From: an uncultured bacterium
GTDB taxonomy: Bacteria; UBP4; UBA4092
DNA length: 64,000 nt
NCBI GenBank assembly: GCA_964644695.1
Contig: CAZXWN010000001.1
Coordinates: 642,805 to 706,804, forward strand
Direction: 5' to 3'
The notes beneath the pieces are model-generated. The model searched no databases, was not told where the DNA came from, and saw only the letters and a list, made by a program, of their open reading frames with translations. The position numbers and the translations under genes were made by a program. Positions 20,384 through 28,987 of this stretch are shown here, piece by piece. Position 1 is the stretch's first letter. Each line of letters starts with the position of its first letter.

Positions 20384-20530
20384 TCACAAAGTTTTTTGGT
20401 GCGTCCGTATCCACGGGGCGATGTCCTCTATGACCTCTTCGGGCACCGGGGTTTCCTGTGCGACTACTGCATAAGCTTGCCCTCGCCTAGCCTGCACGGC
20501 CTTTGTGGCTCCATGATTGCGTATACCAAT
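20384..20530 (-). pseudogene. Possible 3' remnant of a gene that preceded the VOC gene in the donor genome
   Basis: Start-less frame ending ...QETPVPEEVIEDIAPWIRTHQKTL*, with the stop just before the VOC RBS. Confidence 0.35.
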
Positions 20531-20741
20531 CTAACTGTCTCCCGTGTCGAGTAGACGCTTTGGATAATTTATTTCACCGTCTATCCCCACCGCTTAAAAA
20601 TAGCAAACTTCTTGTACAGAGTTTAGCGCAAAGGGGCTTTGTGACCACATGTTGGAAATAAAAACAGGATTAGGAAATCCCCAACAAGAATTTTTTAGGA
20701 AGTGTGGCCACGCTTCCTATGCTTGCTATTCCATTTGTTAT

Positions 20742-20787
20742 AACAAAACACCGATATTGTCTTCAAGTACAATATCGGTGTTTTGTT
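20742..20787. terminator. Intrinsic terminator downstream of efp
   Basis: 19-bp perfect stem AACAAAACACCGATATTGT / ACAATATCGGTGTTTTGTT. Confidence 0.75.
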
Positions 20788-20829
20788 TTCCTGTCTATCT
20801 GGCCTCTTTTATTTATATATGAATTATAT

Positions 20830-21402
20830 TTACTTATTAACTCTTTCGATGTATTTTCCTTCACTTGGATTGACCCGGATAACATCGCCCTCATTAATAA
20901 AGCCAGGAACAGGAACCACCACACCTGTTTCTAATTTGGCCGGCTTTAATACATTGCTAACGGTGGCACTTTTGATACCAGGTTCAACTTCAATTACTTT
21001 TAAATCGATTGAAGAAGGCAATTCAATTGATATTGGTTTTTCTTCATAAAAACAGATTTCTACTTTTAAATTTGGAATCAGATAATTAACGGCATCACCA
21101 ATATCTTCAATGGAAAGAGTTACTTGCTCATAAGTCTCGGTATTCATGAAAGAATAACCATTATCATCGTTATAAAGAAATTCCATCATCTGTTCATCTA
21201 ATTCAGCCTTAGGTATCATTTCTGTTGCAGAAAATCGGGCCTCGGTAGATAAACCTGAGCGGAGATTTCTTAATCTAACTTGAACAAAGGCACGAAGATT
21301 ACCAGGAGTACGGTGTTGAAAATCTAATACCCGGTGAGGATCGTTATTGAAAATAATAATAGCGCCTTTACGAATCGCAGACGCCTGAATAGATGAAGCC
21401 AT
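20830..21402 (-). CDS. efp: Elongation factor P (PGN variant)
   Basis: FMNTETYEQ, KPAKLETG, VPGFINEGD; tip loop HRTPGNLRAF. Confidence 0.95.
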   Translation of the reverse strand: MASSIQASAIRKGAIIIFNNDPHRVLDFQHRTPGNLRAFVQVRLRNLRSGLSTEARFSATEMIPKAELDEQMMEFLYNDDNGYSFMNTETYEQVTLSIEDIGDAVNYLIPNLKVEICFYEEKPISIELPSSIDLKVIEVEPGIKSATVSNVLKPAKLETGVVVPVPGFINEGDVIRVNPSEGKYIERVNK

Positions 21403-21501
21403 AATTGGAATCTCCTTTATGAGGATAAAATCATTTGAAATGGGTGTCTATTTCCATAGAACCTTATTATTTTAACATCGGGAGAGGATAACTGGCAACA
21501 A

Positions 21502-21534
21502 AATACCGGTTAACAATTTATGTCAACCGGTATT
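21502..21534 (-). terminator. Hairpin terminating the GlmL-like operon
   Basis: 14-bp stem with one G-U pair (AATACCGGTTGACA / TGTTAACCGGTATT on minus), 13 nt past the stop at 21548. Confidence 0.65.
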
Positions 21535-21547
21535 AAAAGATAAACTT

Positions 21548-22213
21548 TTAGCTTAATCCAATAAATGGACCTAACCAATCCACTAAGAGAAAACGAATTC
21601 GCCCAATTACCAGTGAAACGCGGCCCATAACAGTGTAACCAAATGAGGCTCCAAAGAAGATCATTAAGTATATGATACCAATTTTAGATAAATATTTAAG
21701 TCCCTTATTCTGTTCAATGGAAAAAAAGAAATAAAACAAAACAGAAATAACACCTAATAAAATCAAGATATTGCTAATATCAGCAAAAGTAAAAATGTGC
21801 CATATATCTGACATATTGCCAGTAATTAAGGGGGTGATCGTAGAACTGCTTTGTTTCATCAATGAACCTTGAACACTGTATGGGATGCTAATTCCAGCTC
21901 CCACCCCGATGACAAATGAAATTGGAATACGGCTAATCCAAGATATATTTGAGAAGAAACGGGAAAACATCAACAATCCCAAAAATGCTGGAATAAGTAC
22001 CCAATAATTATGGTTGCTAAACAATTCATTTATCAAGTTTGGTTGTAAAACATTGTAATAAGCAATGCAAAGCGTATAACCTGCTGTCATTCCAACAAAG
22101 ATATGCTCTGCTAGTTTATACGCAGGGTTATCTTTATAAAGAAAGCTATAAATAGCTAATGTCAGAATAGCTGCTATCCAAATACCAATAGTTTCATTAC
22201 CAATCAATGCCAT
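21548..22213 (-). CDS. Uncharacterised polytopic membrane protein
   Basis: About 6 hydrophobic segments; SFLYKDNPAYKLAEHIFVG and FGASFGYTVMGR motifs. Confidence 0.8.
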   Translation of the reverse strand: MALIGNETIGIWIAAILTLAIYSFLYKDNPAYKLAEHIFVGMTAGYTLCIAYYNVLQPNLINELFSNHNYWVLIPAFLGLLMFSRFFSNISWISRIPISFVIGVGAGISIPYSVQGSLMKQSSSTITPLITGNMSDIWHIFTFADISNILILLGVISVLFYFFFSIEQNKGLKYLSKIGIIYLMIFFGASFGYTVMGRVSLVIGRIRFLLVDWLGPFIGLS

Positions 22214-22225
22214 AAGATGAGACCT

Positions 22226-23062
22226 CTAATCATTGTTCCGTTTCTTTTTATCAACTGTAAAGTACATAATATTGCCCAAAACAATCAGCAAAATGATAAA
22301 TATGTGAATAACTGATTGACTATCCATTCCTGCAGTTGCAGGCCCACTTTTACCATGTTTCCGTTTGTAGTCTATTAGTTTCTCATACTCTGAAGCACCT
22401 TTGAGACCACCAATAATTCCTGTAATCTGCTTTGCCTGTAAGGGGGGATAGTTCCCTGTAGCCATGACAGCCGTACAACCTGTTCCTATCCTGACTCGAT
22501 CTGGATATCGTTCATAACCATAATTAATCCAAGAAAAGACAGAAGAATCATCATGAATAACTACAATATAATCAAAATCCCGTAATTGATTAATACCTTT
22601 CATAACAGGTAATTCATCTAATTTTCTACGGTGATAATCCATTGGGTAGGTTTCACGGATATTATCACCCATACCAAGAACAACGGCATATCCCCCTGAT
22701 TTATAACCTAAATTGACATAATCAGTACCATTAACCTTGTTGTACATTTTGGCAACTTGGTTCATGTTTTTTTCAGCAATTGCAGCACCTGTATTTATCC
22801 ACATACACATGCCAACAACCTTTAGCTTCTTTTCAAAACAATGGCTTAATACAGCAGAAGCCATTGGATCTAACTCAGGACCCGAAGAGGGCTCGTAGTC
22901 ATAGACCAGTAAAACTTTACTACCCTCAGGAAGTTTTTCTATGGGATCATAAACCCCAAGGACTTCCTTCGTTGTTTTCACTTTTAAATTAAGAGGAAAA
23001 ATAATGGGTAGTGCAATAGCAATCACTACAAATAAATAAATAATTCGGCGGTCAAATTTCAT
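22226..23062 (-). CDS. Uncharacterised membrane protein (TM, soluble domain, TM)
   Basis: Terminal TMs flanking an approximately 210-aa alpha/beta domain (DYVNLGY, GGLKGASEYE). Confidence 0.8.
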   Translation of the reverse strand: MKFDRRIIYLFVVIAIALPIIFPLNLKVKTTKEVLGVYDPIEKLPEGSKVLLVYDYEPSSGPELDPMASAVLSHCFEKKLKVVGMCMWINTGAAIAEKNMNQVAKMYNKVNGTDYVNLGYKSGGYAVVLGMGDNIRETYPMDYHRRKLDELPVMKGINQLRDFDYIVVIHDDSSVFSWINYGYERYPDRVRIGTGCTAVMATGNYPPLQAKQITGIIGGLKGASEYEKLIDYKRKHGKSGPATAGMDSQSVIHIFIILLIVLGNIMYFTVDKKKRNND

Positions 23063-23718
23063 TAATCTTTACCCTGATAAGAGCGTTCAATACCTAAAAT
23101 TATTCTTAAAGAAGTGGCAATACCACCCAAAGCAACACCTAGCAAAACTGCACGACGGGCTGACATATTGAAAACATCGAGAATAAAACTGGTCATATTA
23201 TCCAATCCGAGAAACTTTATATTTTGAGGTAACGCATCCGTCAGCATTTCACCAAAAGGTATTCTGCCTACCATAACAATAATCGCAGCAATTAACATAA
23301 TTGTTGCTTCTATATTTCGGGCTCTAAAAGCTCTATATGAAGCGGAACAGATAAAAAATGCAGTCAGTGAAAAAGTGGTTGCTGCCAAGGGAAACTGAAT
23401 ATTATTGAAAGCCCACATAAAATAAGTTCCATCTTCAATACCCTTTGCAAACCCTAATATCGTCATTGTAAGAAAAGCGATAATCAGAGTCAAACTATAT
23501 CCCCACCCTGCACTCATATTATATATTCTACGTACATGAGCTCTTAAGAGGCTGCTGATACCTATTATCAAAGTAAAGGCAGCAATTAAGCGAATCCATT
23601 TAGTAGCGCCTTTAGACAAAGCCTCTGAGGCTTCCATAGGAACAAAAAACGTACCTATCATCAAAAATCCAACAATCAACACTATTAGGGTTGGTAACCT
23701 TCTTTTTAGAAAATCCAT
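23062..23718 (-). CDS. Uncharacterised polytopic membrane protein
   Basis: About 6 TMs; AFFICSASYRAFRARN and LRIILGIERSY motifs; translationally coupled to the next gene. Confidence 0.8.
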   Translation of the reverse strand: MDFLKRRLPTLIVLIVGFLMIGTFFVPMEASEALSKGATKWIRLIAAFTLIIGISSLLRAHVRRIYNMSAGWGYSLTLIIAFLTMTILGFAKGIEDGTYFMWAFNNIQFPLAATTFSLTAFFICSASYRAFRARNIEATIMLIAAIIVMVGRIPFGEMLTDALPQNIKFLGLDNMTSFILDVFNMSARRAVLLGVALGGIATSLRIILGIERSYQGKD

Positions 23719-23735
23719 TTTTCTATATCCTCTTA

Positions 23736-25013
23736 TTAAAACACTGTAAAGATTCGCTTAAACCAAAGCAGTACATCAAGATCAATTCCGTTTTGGGAAA
23801 GTAGCATATGTAGAGTCACTGCAATGGAAGCCAATATCATAAAAATAACTATCGTAATCTTTCCGGCATCCTGTCCTCGCAAACTGCCCAACAATTTGGG
23901 TTCACGAGACAAATATGCACTCGCCGCATATAATTCCTCACCGATAAGCGTATAGTCGCAAGAAACAATGAAAAAGGGCAACTGGAATGTAGAATCAGTT
24001 CCCGCTATCTGAATAGCACCCGTAGAAGCACCCGTTTCAGACAAAATAATAGCTTCTGCTGCAAAAGTCCCCAGAAAGAAATTAGCAGCAGGTTTTTCAC
24101 GTACCATGATGCCATCAACCGCCGCCGTAAACCCAAACTGATCTTCTGAGACATAGAATACATCATGAGGATTGAATGCATCTGGGCGACCAACATTCAG
24201 GTAGGCTTCACGAACTACCTCCTGACAAACACTCATGGCAATCGACCATCTACAGGGGACAATTATTCGTGAATCATAGTCAGCAACTTTTTTGGATACA
24301 TGGCTCAATATATTGACAGATGCTATCGTAGAAACAGAATCAATATCATTTGCACCGGTCAGATAAACTATAGGTTTTCCCATTTCAGTTGCTCTACCTA
24401 TAGCTTCTTCAATGGCTTCAAGCCCCGGTATACGTCGAATAAATAAATTAGGATTTCGCCGAGCTTTTTCAATGAAATAATAGATACATATAAATAAAAG
24501 AATGACGATTATAAAGTTGTTTATCTTATCAAACTTAAACCAATTTCCTTTAGCTTTTCCAATTATTGGCTGCGAAGTTTCTATTCGATTTATTGAATCA
24601 GTACCTACAGCGAGTTTCACATAAACAGGGGTTCTGTCAGGTAAAGAAATATCATAAAAGTGTTTAGATCGCGTAACCTTCTCATTGAAACCAAATACCG
24701 CAGGCTTTTCTGATTGAAATTGTTTACTTTCAAGAGAATCAAATTGTGCTACTTCAATAAAAGGGCCTTCAGCCTGATATGAGGTAAGAATTTGATAATA
24801 AGTGCCCTTTGATTCGCAGGAGGTTGCTGACCATATAACTGTAATACTCTTACCATTATCATTTGGTGTATCTATTACATGGACATCCGTTGGCAAACAC
24901 AACGATGGTGAAGGAATACCTTTATCGCCAGTATCTGTGGATTGTGCAATACAATTCCCAGCTAAAACTAACAGTACAGATAATAAAACCAATAATTTAA
25001 ATAATGATTTCAT
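23736..25013 (-). CDS. DUF6754-domain membrane protein with N-terminal Fn3-like exported domain
   Basis: Signal peptide, DTPNDNG..ITVIW; IRRIPGLEAIEEAIGRATEMGKP, QIAGT, DYTLIGEELYAASAYLS. Confidence 0.75.
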   Translation of the reverse strand: MKSLFKLLVLLSVLLVLAGNCIAQSTDTGDKGIPSPSLCLPTDVHVIDTPNDNGKSITVIWSATSCESKGTYYQILTSYQAEGPFIEVAQFDSLESKQFQSEKPAVFGFNEKVTRSKHFYDISLPDRTPVYVKLAVGTDSINRIETSQPIIGKAKGNWFKFDKINNFIIVILLFICIYYFIEKARRNPNLFIRRIPGLEAIEEAIGRATEMGKPIVYLTGANDIDSVSTIASVNILSHVSKKVADYDSRIIVPCRWSIAMSVCQEVVREAYLNVGRPDAFNPHDVFYVSEDQFGFTAAVDGIMVREKPAANFFLGTFAAEAIILSETGASTGAIQIAGTDSTFQLPFFIVSCDYTLIGEELYAASAYLSREPKLLGSLRGQDAGKITIVIFMILASIAVTLHMLLSQNGIDLDVLLWFKRIFTVF

Positions 25014-25018
25014 ACAAG

Positions 25019-26164
25019 TTACCTGTTCAATCCTTCAATTATTTCAACATTAGCTCGAGGTAAAACAGCAAGAGTTCCATCTTTCAACTTCACTTCAAGC
25101 ACACGAACTTTTGCTTCAGTTTCAATGTTCACCAACTCTGAAGGAAGGCTTGTAATTTCACCTAACTCTCCAAAATGTGGTTCCCTGATAATTCGAACGG
25201 TATTCCCAATCACTATTCCCGAAATATCACTAACGTCCGTATCTTTTACCATACTGTCCGCACCCTCTGCAAGAGGAATAATTACCTCGGGACGCATTAC
25301 CCCAGCACGGATTTGTGTTCTGCCAGTAATAGACGCTTTTTGAGAATGACTCTTTTTCAATAATTCATATGTTCTCTGGGCCATGGGGATTTTCCCAAAT
25401 CCCTCAGTAATAATCAAGGTCGTTGTAACATCCTCATCTCCAGTGATAGCTACTCCAATTTCATATCCGAGCCAATCTTTGATAACTTCAGCATCAATTC
25501 CACCAACAATGATTCCAGAGATACCCAGTTCATTCGCTTTTTTCAATGTGGGACCATCCACATAAGAACCACCAACAATAATCTTACCCTTCATATCAGG
25601 AGTAATCATTTTGTCCGTTAAGTGTTCACTGGGAGAATCACCTAATACCAATAACTCTCCGTTTTGTTCACCACCGATCCCAAAGATACCTTGGATATAA
25701 GTAGCTTGGTTCTGAATAGTTACCCCAAACCCATCTTCAATTTCAGTAACAGTACCAGATAGATAGGCACTTAATTCTACATGTCGTGGGGGCATTCGTA
25801 ATAGAACCTGACCTGTGATTGTGGAAATATTTTCAATAGTTCCATCAATAGGAGAAGGAATTGTTTTCTGAAATAATTTAATACCAAACATCGGTTTATT
25901 TTCAGCGATGGCTTCCCCCTGTTTGATGGCCTCACCTTCCTTTTTCAACATGTATGAATGGATATCTACAGGTTCAATGGATAGTAAATTTGCAATATTG
26001 ATTGACTGAACTTCATTAGGCAATTCAGTCCGGGCAACATATTGCTCCGAAGTAACTTTGTCTCCAACTTTAACCATAACTTCACCTTTTAAAGGTAAAG
26101 TACGTGTTTTGGACACAATTGTTTTTTCAAAAACCTGGAGTCCAGGGGTATATGCATGGGCCAT
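25019..26164 (-). CDS. Uncharacterised soluble protein with barrel-sandwich-hybrid-like repeats and C-terminal KOW-like motif
   Basis: GEVMVKVGDKV, KEGEAIKQGEAIA, SPIDGTI; C-terminal GNTVRIIREPHFGELGEI. Confidence 0.75.
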   Translation of the reverse strand: MAHAYTPGLQVFEKTIVSKTRTLPLKGEVMVKVGDKVTSEQYVARTELPNEVQSINIANLLSIEPVDIHSYMLKKEGEAIKQGEAIAENKPMFGIKLFQKTIPSPIDGTIENISTITGQVLLRMPPRHVELSAYLSGTVTEIEDGFGVTIQNQATYIQGIFGIGGEQNGELLVLGDSPSEHLTDKMITPDMKGKIIVGGSYVDGPTLKKANELGISGIIVGGIDAEVIKDWLGYEIGVAITGDEDVTTTLIITEGFGKIPMAQRTYELLKKSHSQKASITGRTQIRAGVMRPEVIIPLAEGADSMVKDTDVSDISGIVIGNTVRIIREPHFGELGEITSLPSELVNIETEAKVRVLEVKLKDGTLAVLPRANVEIIEGLNR

Positions 26165-26192
26165 TATTCAAATCTCCCAATCATTTTATTCA

Positions 26193-27986
26193 CTAAATAT
26201 TTGGATACATCGACATAGCATTAAACCAGCGTTTGAGCTGATCTATTCGATCCTGTTCTTTCACAGCTAAGGCTAAAGGTCTTCCCCGTGTATCAATAAC
26301 AACACCAGCAACACCGCCCATTAATTCAGCACGAAGAGTTTTCCCAAGGCCAGCGCCTGCATCATATTTTCCTTTAGGTGTGATTTCAATAGATACCTTT
26401 TGATCTTTTGTTGCAGGATACAGCTTCAATTCGCCAAAGGGTAATGAATCATTGAATGTTTCTGAACCAATGGTTAAAGAATAACTCACACAATCATCAC
26501 CAGGTTTTCCTGTTCCAGTGACTGCCACACAAGTTCCTAAATTAATCAAACAGTCTTTCTCAAAAACTTCTGTGGCAGCTGCTTCATGAACTTCTGCCAA
26601 AACACCTAAATGGGGCATCATAAAGATGGAGTCAACCGCCAAACGAGTAATACCTTCACATTGGAAAGCATCCATCATCATTAACATGGATTGCACACGT
26701 CGAGGGGCGTGGGATAAAACTCCACCAGAACCAATCAACAAATCCAGACTCTTCATGTTAATTAAACTCTGGCCTGATTCTACTTGTTTGAAAGAATCCG
26801 CAATGGACCTTTCCTGTTGTACACCCTTAAGTCCAACCGCCAGTAATTTATGTTGGTCCAAAGCAAGACGCAGAGCCTCACGGCAAATAGCCTGTTCCAG
26901 GATGAGATCTTCCAAGGTCTGCGGTATTGTGGTAGGTCGAATCATTTTATTCTTAATGCGGTTATTAATATCCTTTTCAGTAAACGGAAAAGGTACCCAA
27001 CGAAGAATGTTTTTAATTCCCGCATCAGCTAACACATTAGACACTGAATAACTCATTCCTAAATTGGCCGATACAGTTCGATTGAATACTGTTTCAAAAA
27101 CAGAAAAGACATCCGTAGTGGCGCCCCCAATATCTACACCCAAGGCATTAATTCCCTGGCTTTTAGCAACTTTTTCAATCAGATATCCGACAGCAGCTGG
27201 CGTCGGCATAATGGGTCTGCCAACCCATTCTTTGAGTTTCCCATATCCAGGAGCCTGCGCCATAACATGTTCCATAAACATGTCTTGAATTTTCATGCGG
27301 GCAGGTCCAAGGTTTTCTTTTTCAAGTGTGGGGCGAATATTATCCGTAATCACTAAATCAACAATCTTGCCTAAACTTTTGGTAATCTCGTCTCGAGCCT
27401 TAATATTCCCGGCATAGATAACAGGAAGCCGATAAGTATGACCTAATCGAGGACGAGGATTGGCGGCGGCGATATATTCTGCCAGCTCGACAACATGAGT
27501 AATAGTACCCCCATCGGTACCACCAGACAAAAGAATCATGTCAGGACGAAAACCCCTAATCCGCTCAATTTTTTGATGAGGCAAACGACCGTCATTGGAA
27601 GCCAGAACATCCATAACAATAGCCCCGCCACCCAAAGCCGCACGCTGAGCACTTTCACCAGTCATAGACTTTACTGCACCTGCGACTAACATCTGGAGTC
27701 CACCCCCAGCGGATGAAGTAGATATATATATATCCACGCCATGTTTATCCTTGGCGGGGGTGATAATCTTTTCACCATCCAAAATCTTTCGCCCGGATAA
27801 TTCTTCTACTTCAGCAATGGCATTGAGAACACCTCGGGTTACATCATTAAAAGGCGCTTCAACAGTCGTTGGAGCTTCCCCACGATAGGTCTGTCGGTAT
27901 TCTCCATTCACTTTTTCTATCAGAATAGCTTTAGTTGTTGTACTGCCACAATCGGTTGCGATAATTACATTTAATGGATTATCCAT
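26193..27986 (-). CDS. Glutamate mutase L (GlmL/MutL)-like ASKHA ATPase
   Basis: DCGSTTTK, TSSAGGGL, LLSGGTDGG, MPTP, VDIGGATTDVFS, GSGGVLSH. Confidence 0.85.
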   Translation of the reverse strand: MDNPLNVIIATDCGSTTTKAILIEKVNGEYRQTYRGEAPTTVEAPFNDVTRGVLNAIAEVEELSGRKILDGEKIITPAKDKHGVDIYISTSSAGGGLQMLVAGAVKSMTGESAQRAALGGGAIVMDVLASNDGRLPHQKIERIRGFRPDMILLSGGTDGGTITHVVELAEYIAAANPRPRLGHTYRLPVIYAGNIKARDEITKSLGKIVDLVITDNIRPTLEKENLGPARMKIQDMFMEHVMAQAPGYGKLKEWVGRPIMPTPAAVGYLIEKVAKSQGINALGVDIGGATTDVFSVFETVFNRTVSANLGMSYSVSNVLADAGIKNILRWVPFPFTEKDINNRIKNKMIRPTTIPQTLEDLILEQAICREALRLALDQHKLLAVGLKGVQQERSIADSFKQVESGQSLINMKSLDLLIGSGGVLSHAPRRVQSMLMMMDAFQCEGITRLAVDSIFMMPHLGVLAEVHEAAATEVFEKDCLINLGTCVAVTGTGKPGDDCVSYSLTIGSETFNDSLPFGELKLYPATKDQKVSIEITPKGKYDAGAGLGKTLRAELMGGVAGVVIDTRGRPLALAVKEQDRIDQLKRWFNAMSMYPNI

Positions 27987-28320
27987 TGTTTTTTTCCCTT
28001 GATTGAGCTCGTTCTTCAATTCTTCGGATAAATAATTCAAGTCCCTGTCGGTGCTCCAGGATTCGAATCACTTTTTCATAATCTTTCTGTGATATAAACG
28101 GATCCATATAAGGCTGTATAACTGTCATTAATTGGCTGCTTACAAAATTTAACGGCATCACGGAATACAAAGTCCAGACAGCACTGGTTACCAATCGTTT
28201 TTTTATTATGTAATCAATTACCTTATCCAGTACCTTCAAATCATCCTCGGTTGGTTCAGGACAACTTTCCAGTGTAAAGGCATTCCGAATCATATCTTTC
28301 AAACGATTGATTTTATTCAA
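27979..28320 (-). CDS. Hypothetical helical protein
   Basis: 113-aa ORF coupled to both neighbours; PLNFVSSQ...LEHR. Confidence 0.7.
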   Translation of the reverse strand: MNKINRLKDMIRNAFTLESCPEPTEDDLKVLDKVIDYIIKKRLVTSAVWTLYSVMPLNFVSSQLMTVIQPYMDPFISQKDYEKVIRILEHRQGLELFIRRIEERAQSREKNNG

Positions 28321-28321
28321 A

Positions 28322-28753
28322 TTAATAACATTCTTTCAAGTGTTTTTTCAAAGATTCAAGAAGGACTTCTGAAACAGGTCCTTCTGGAAGTATTAAATAA
28401 AGCCCACGAAAACTATCCAGACGATGAGGAATCTCGAAGGTCGATAACTGAATACCACGTCGACATTGATAAAAACAACGAAATTCTGACCATCTGCGTT
28501 CATAGCAAGCCAGAGGGGTTTTAACACGCACCCGCTGGTCATCTATATCATAATGAATGGGGATAAAATACCGTGACAACGCCCCGACTAATAACACTAC
28601 TGACAATAGGGAAAAAGCCACACTCTGATAGCTAACTAAAATAATCAGAGCAATCGACAGGATAAACAAAAGAATCACTAGGGTTTTTAACCTGGATTCG
28701 TTGGCCAGATGAACATCCCAGCTATAAATGAGTTTTTCCTGTTTATCTCCCAC
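28322..28753 (-). CDS. Hypothetical 2-TM protein with C-terminal PH/YcxB-like domain
   Basis: Two TMs, then YDIDDQRV...RRWSEFR...RLDSFRGLYL; start uncertain (GTG 28753 or 28828). Confidence 0.65.
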   Translation of the reverse strand: MGDKQEKLIYSWDVHLANESRLKTLVILLFILSIALIILVSYQSVAFSLLSVVLLVGALSRYFIPIHYDIDDQRVRVKTPLACYERRWSEFRCFYQCRRGIQLSTFEIPHRLDSFRGLYLILPEGPVSEVLLESLKKHLKECY

Positions 28754-28866
28754 AAGTCCAATCTCTATCTCTATTTTTACTAAATTATGAATGTTACCAC
28801 AGGGTACCGAGTAAGTAAATAATATCAAAATCCCATTTTATTATCGAAAATTCAATCAGCATGTAT

Positions 28867-28892
28867 ATCGAACGAGATCGATCTTGTTCGAT
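28867..28892. promoter_or_regulatory. 26-bp near-perfect palindrome in divergent promoter region, candidate operator
   Basis: ATCGAACGAGATC|GATCTTGTTCGAT, one mismatch. Confidence 0.4.
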
Positions 28893-28987
28893 GATTGTTT
28901 TGGCGTTCAATTACCCTAATTTTTGACTATAAAAGTAGATAGTTAAACATGTTACAATAAGGAAATTTAATTAAAAGGATACTTATT

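Noticed and set aside
20600-20650. c-di-GMP-I riboswitch-like text (GCAAAC...CGCAAAG)
   Set aside because: No GNRA loop or downstream P3/P1 pairing, and no plus-strand gene downstream
20529-20660. Integron attC site next to the VOC gene (ATCTAAC at 20529-20535)
   Set aside because: No complementary GTTRRRY partner forming an attC hairpin, no cassette array, no integrase
28869-28890. LexA (CGAAC-N4-GTTCG) box
   Set aside because: The spacer is 12 nt, not 4
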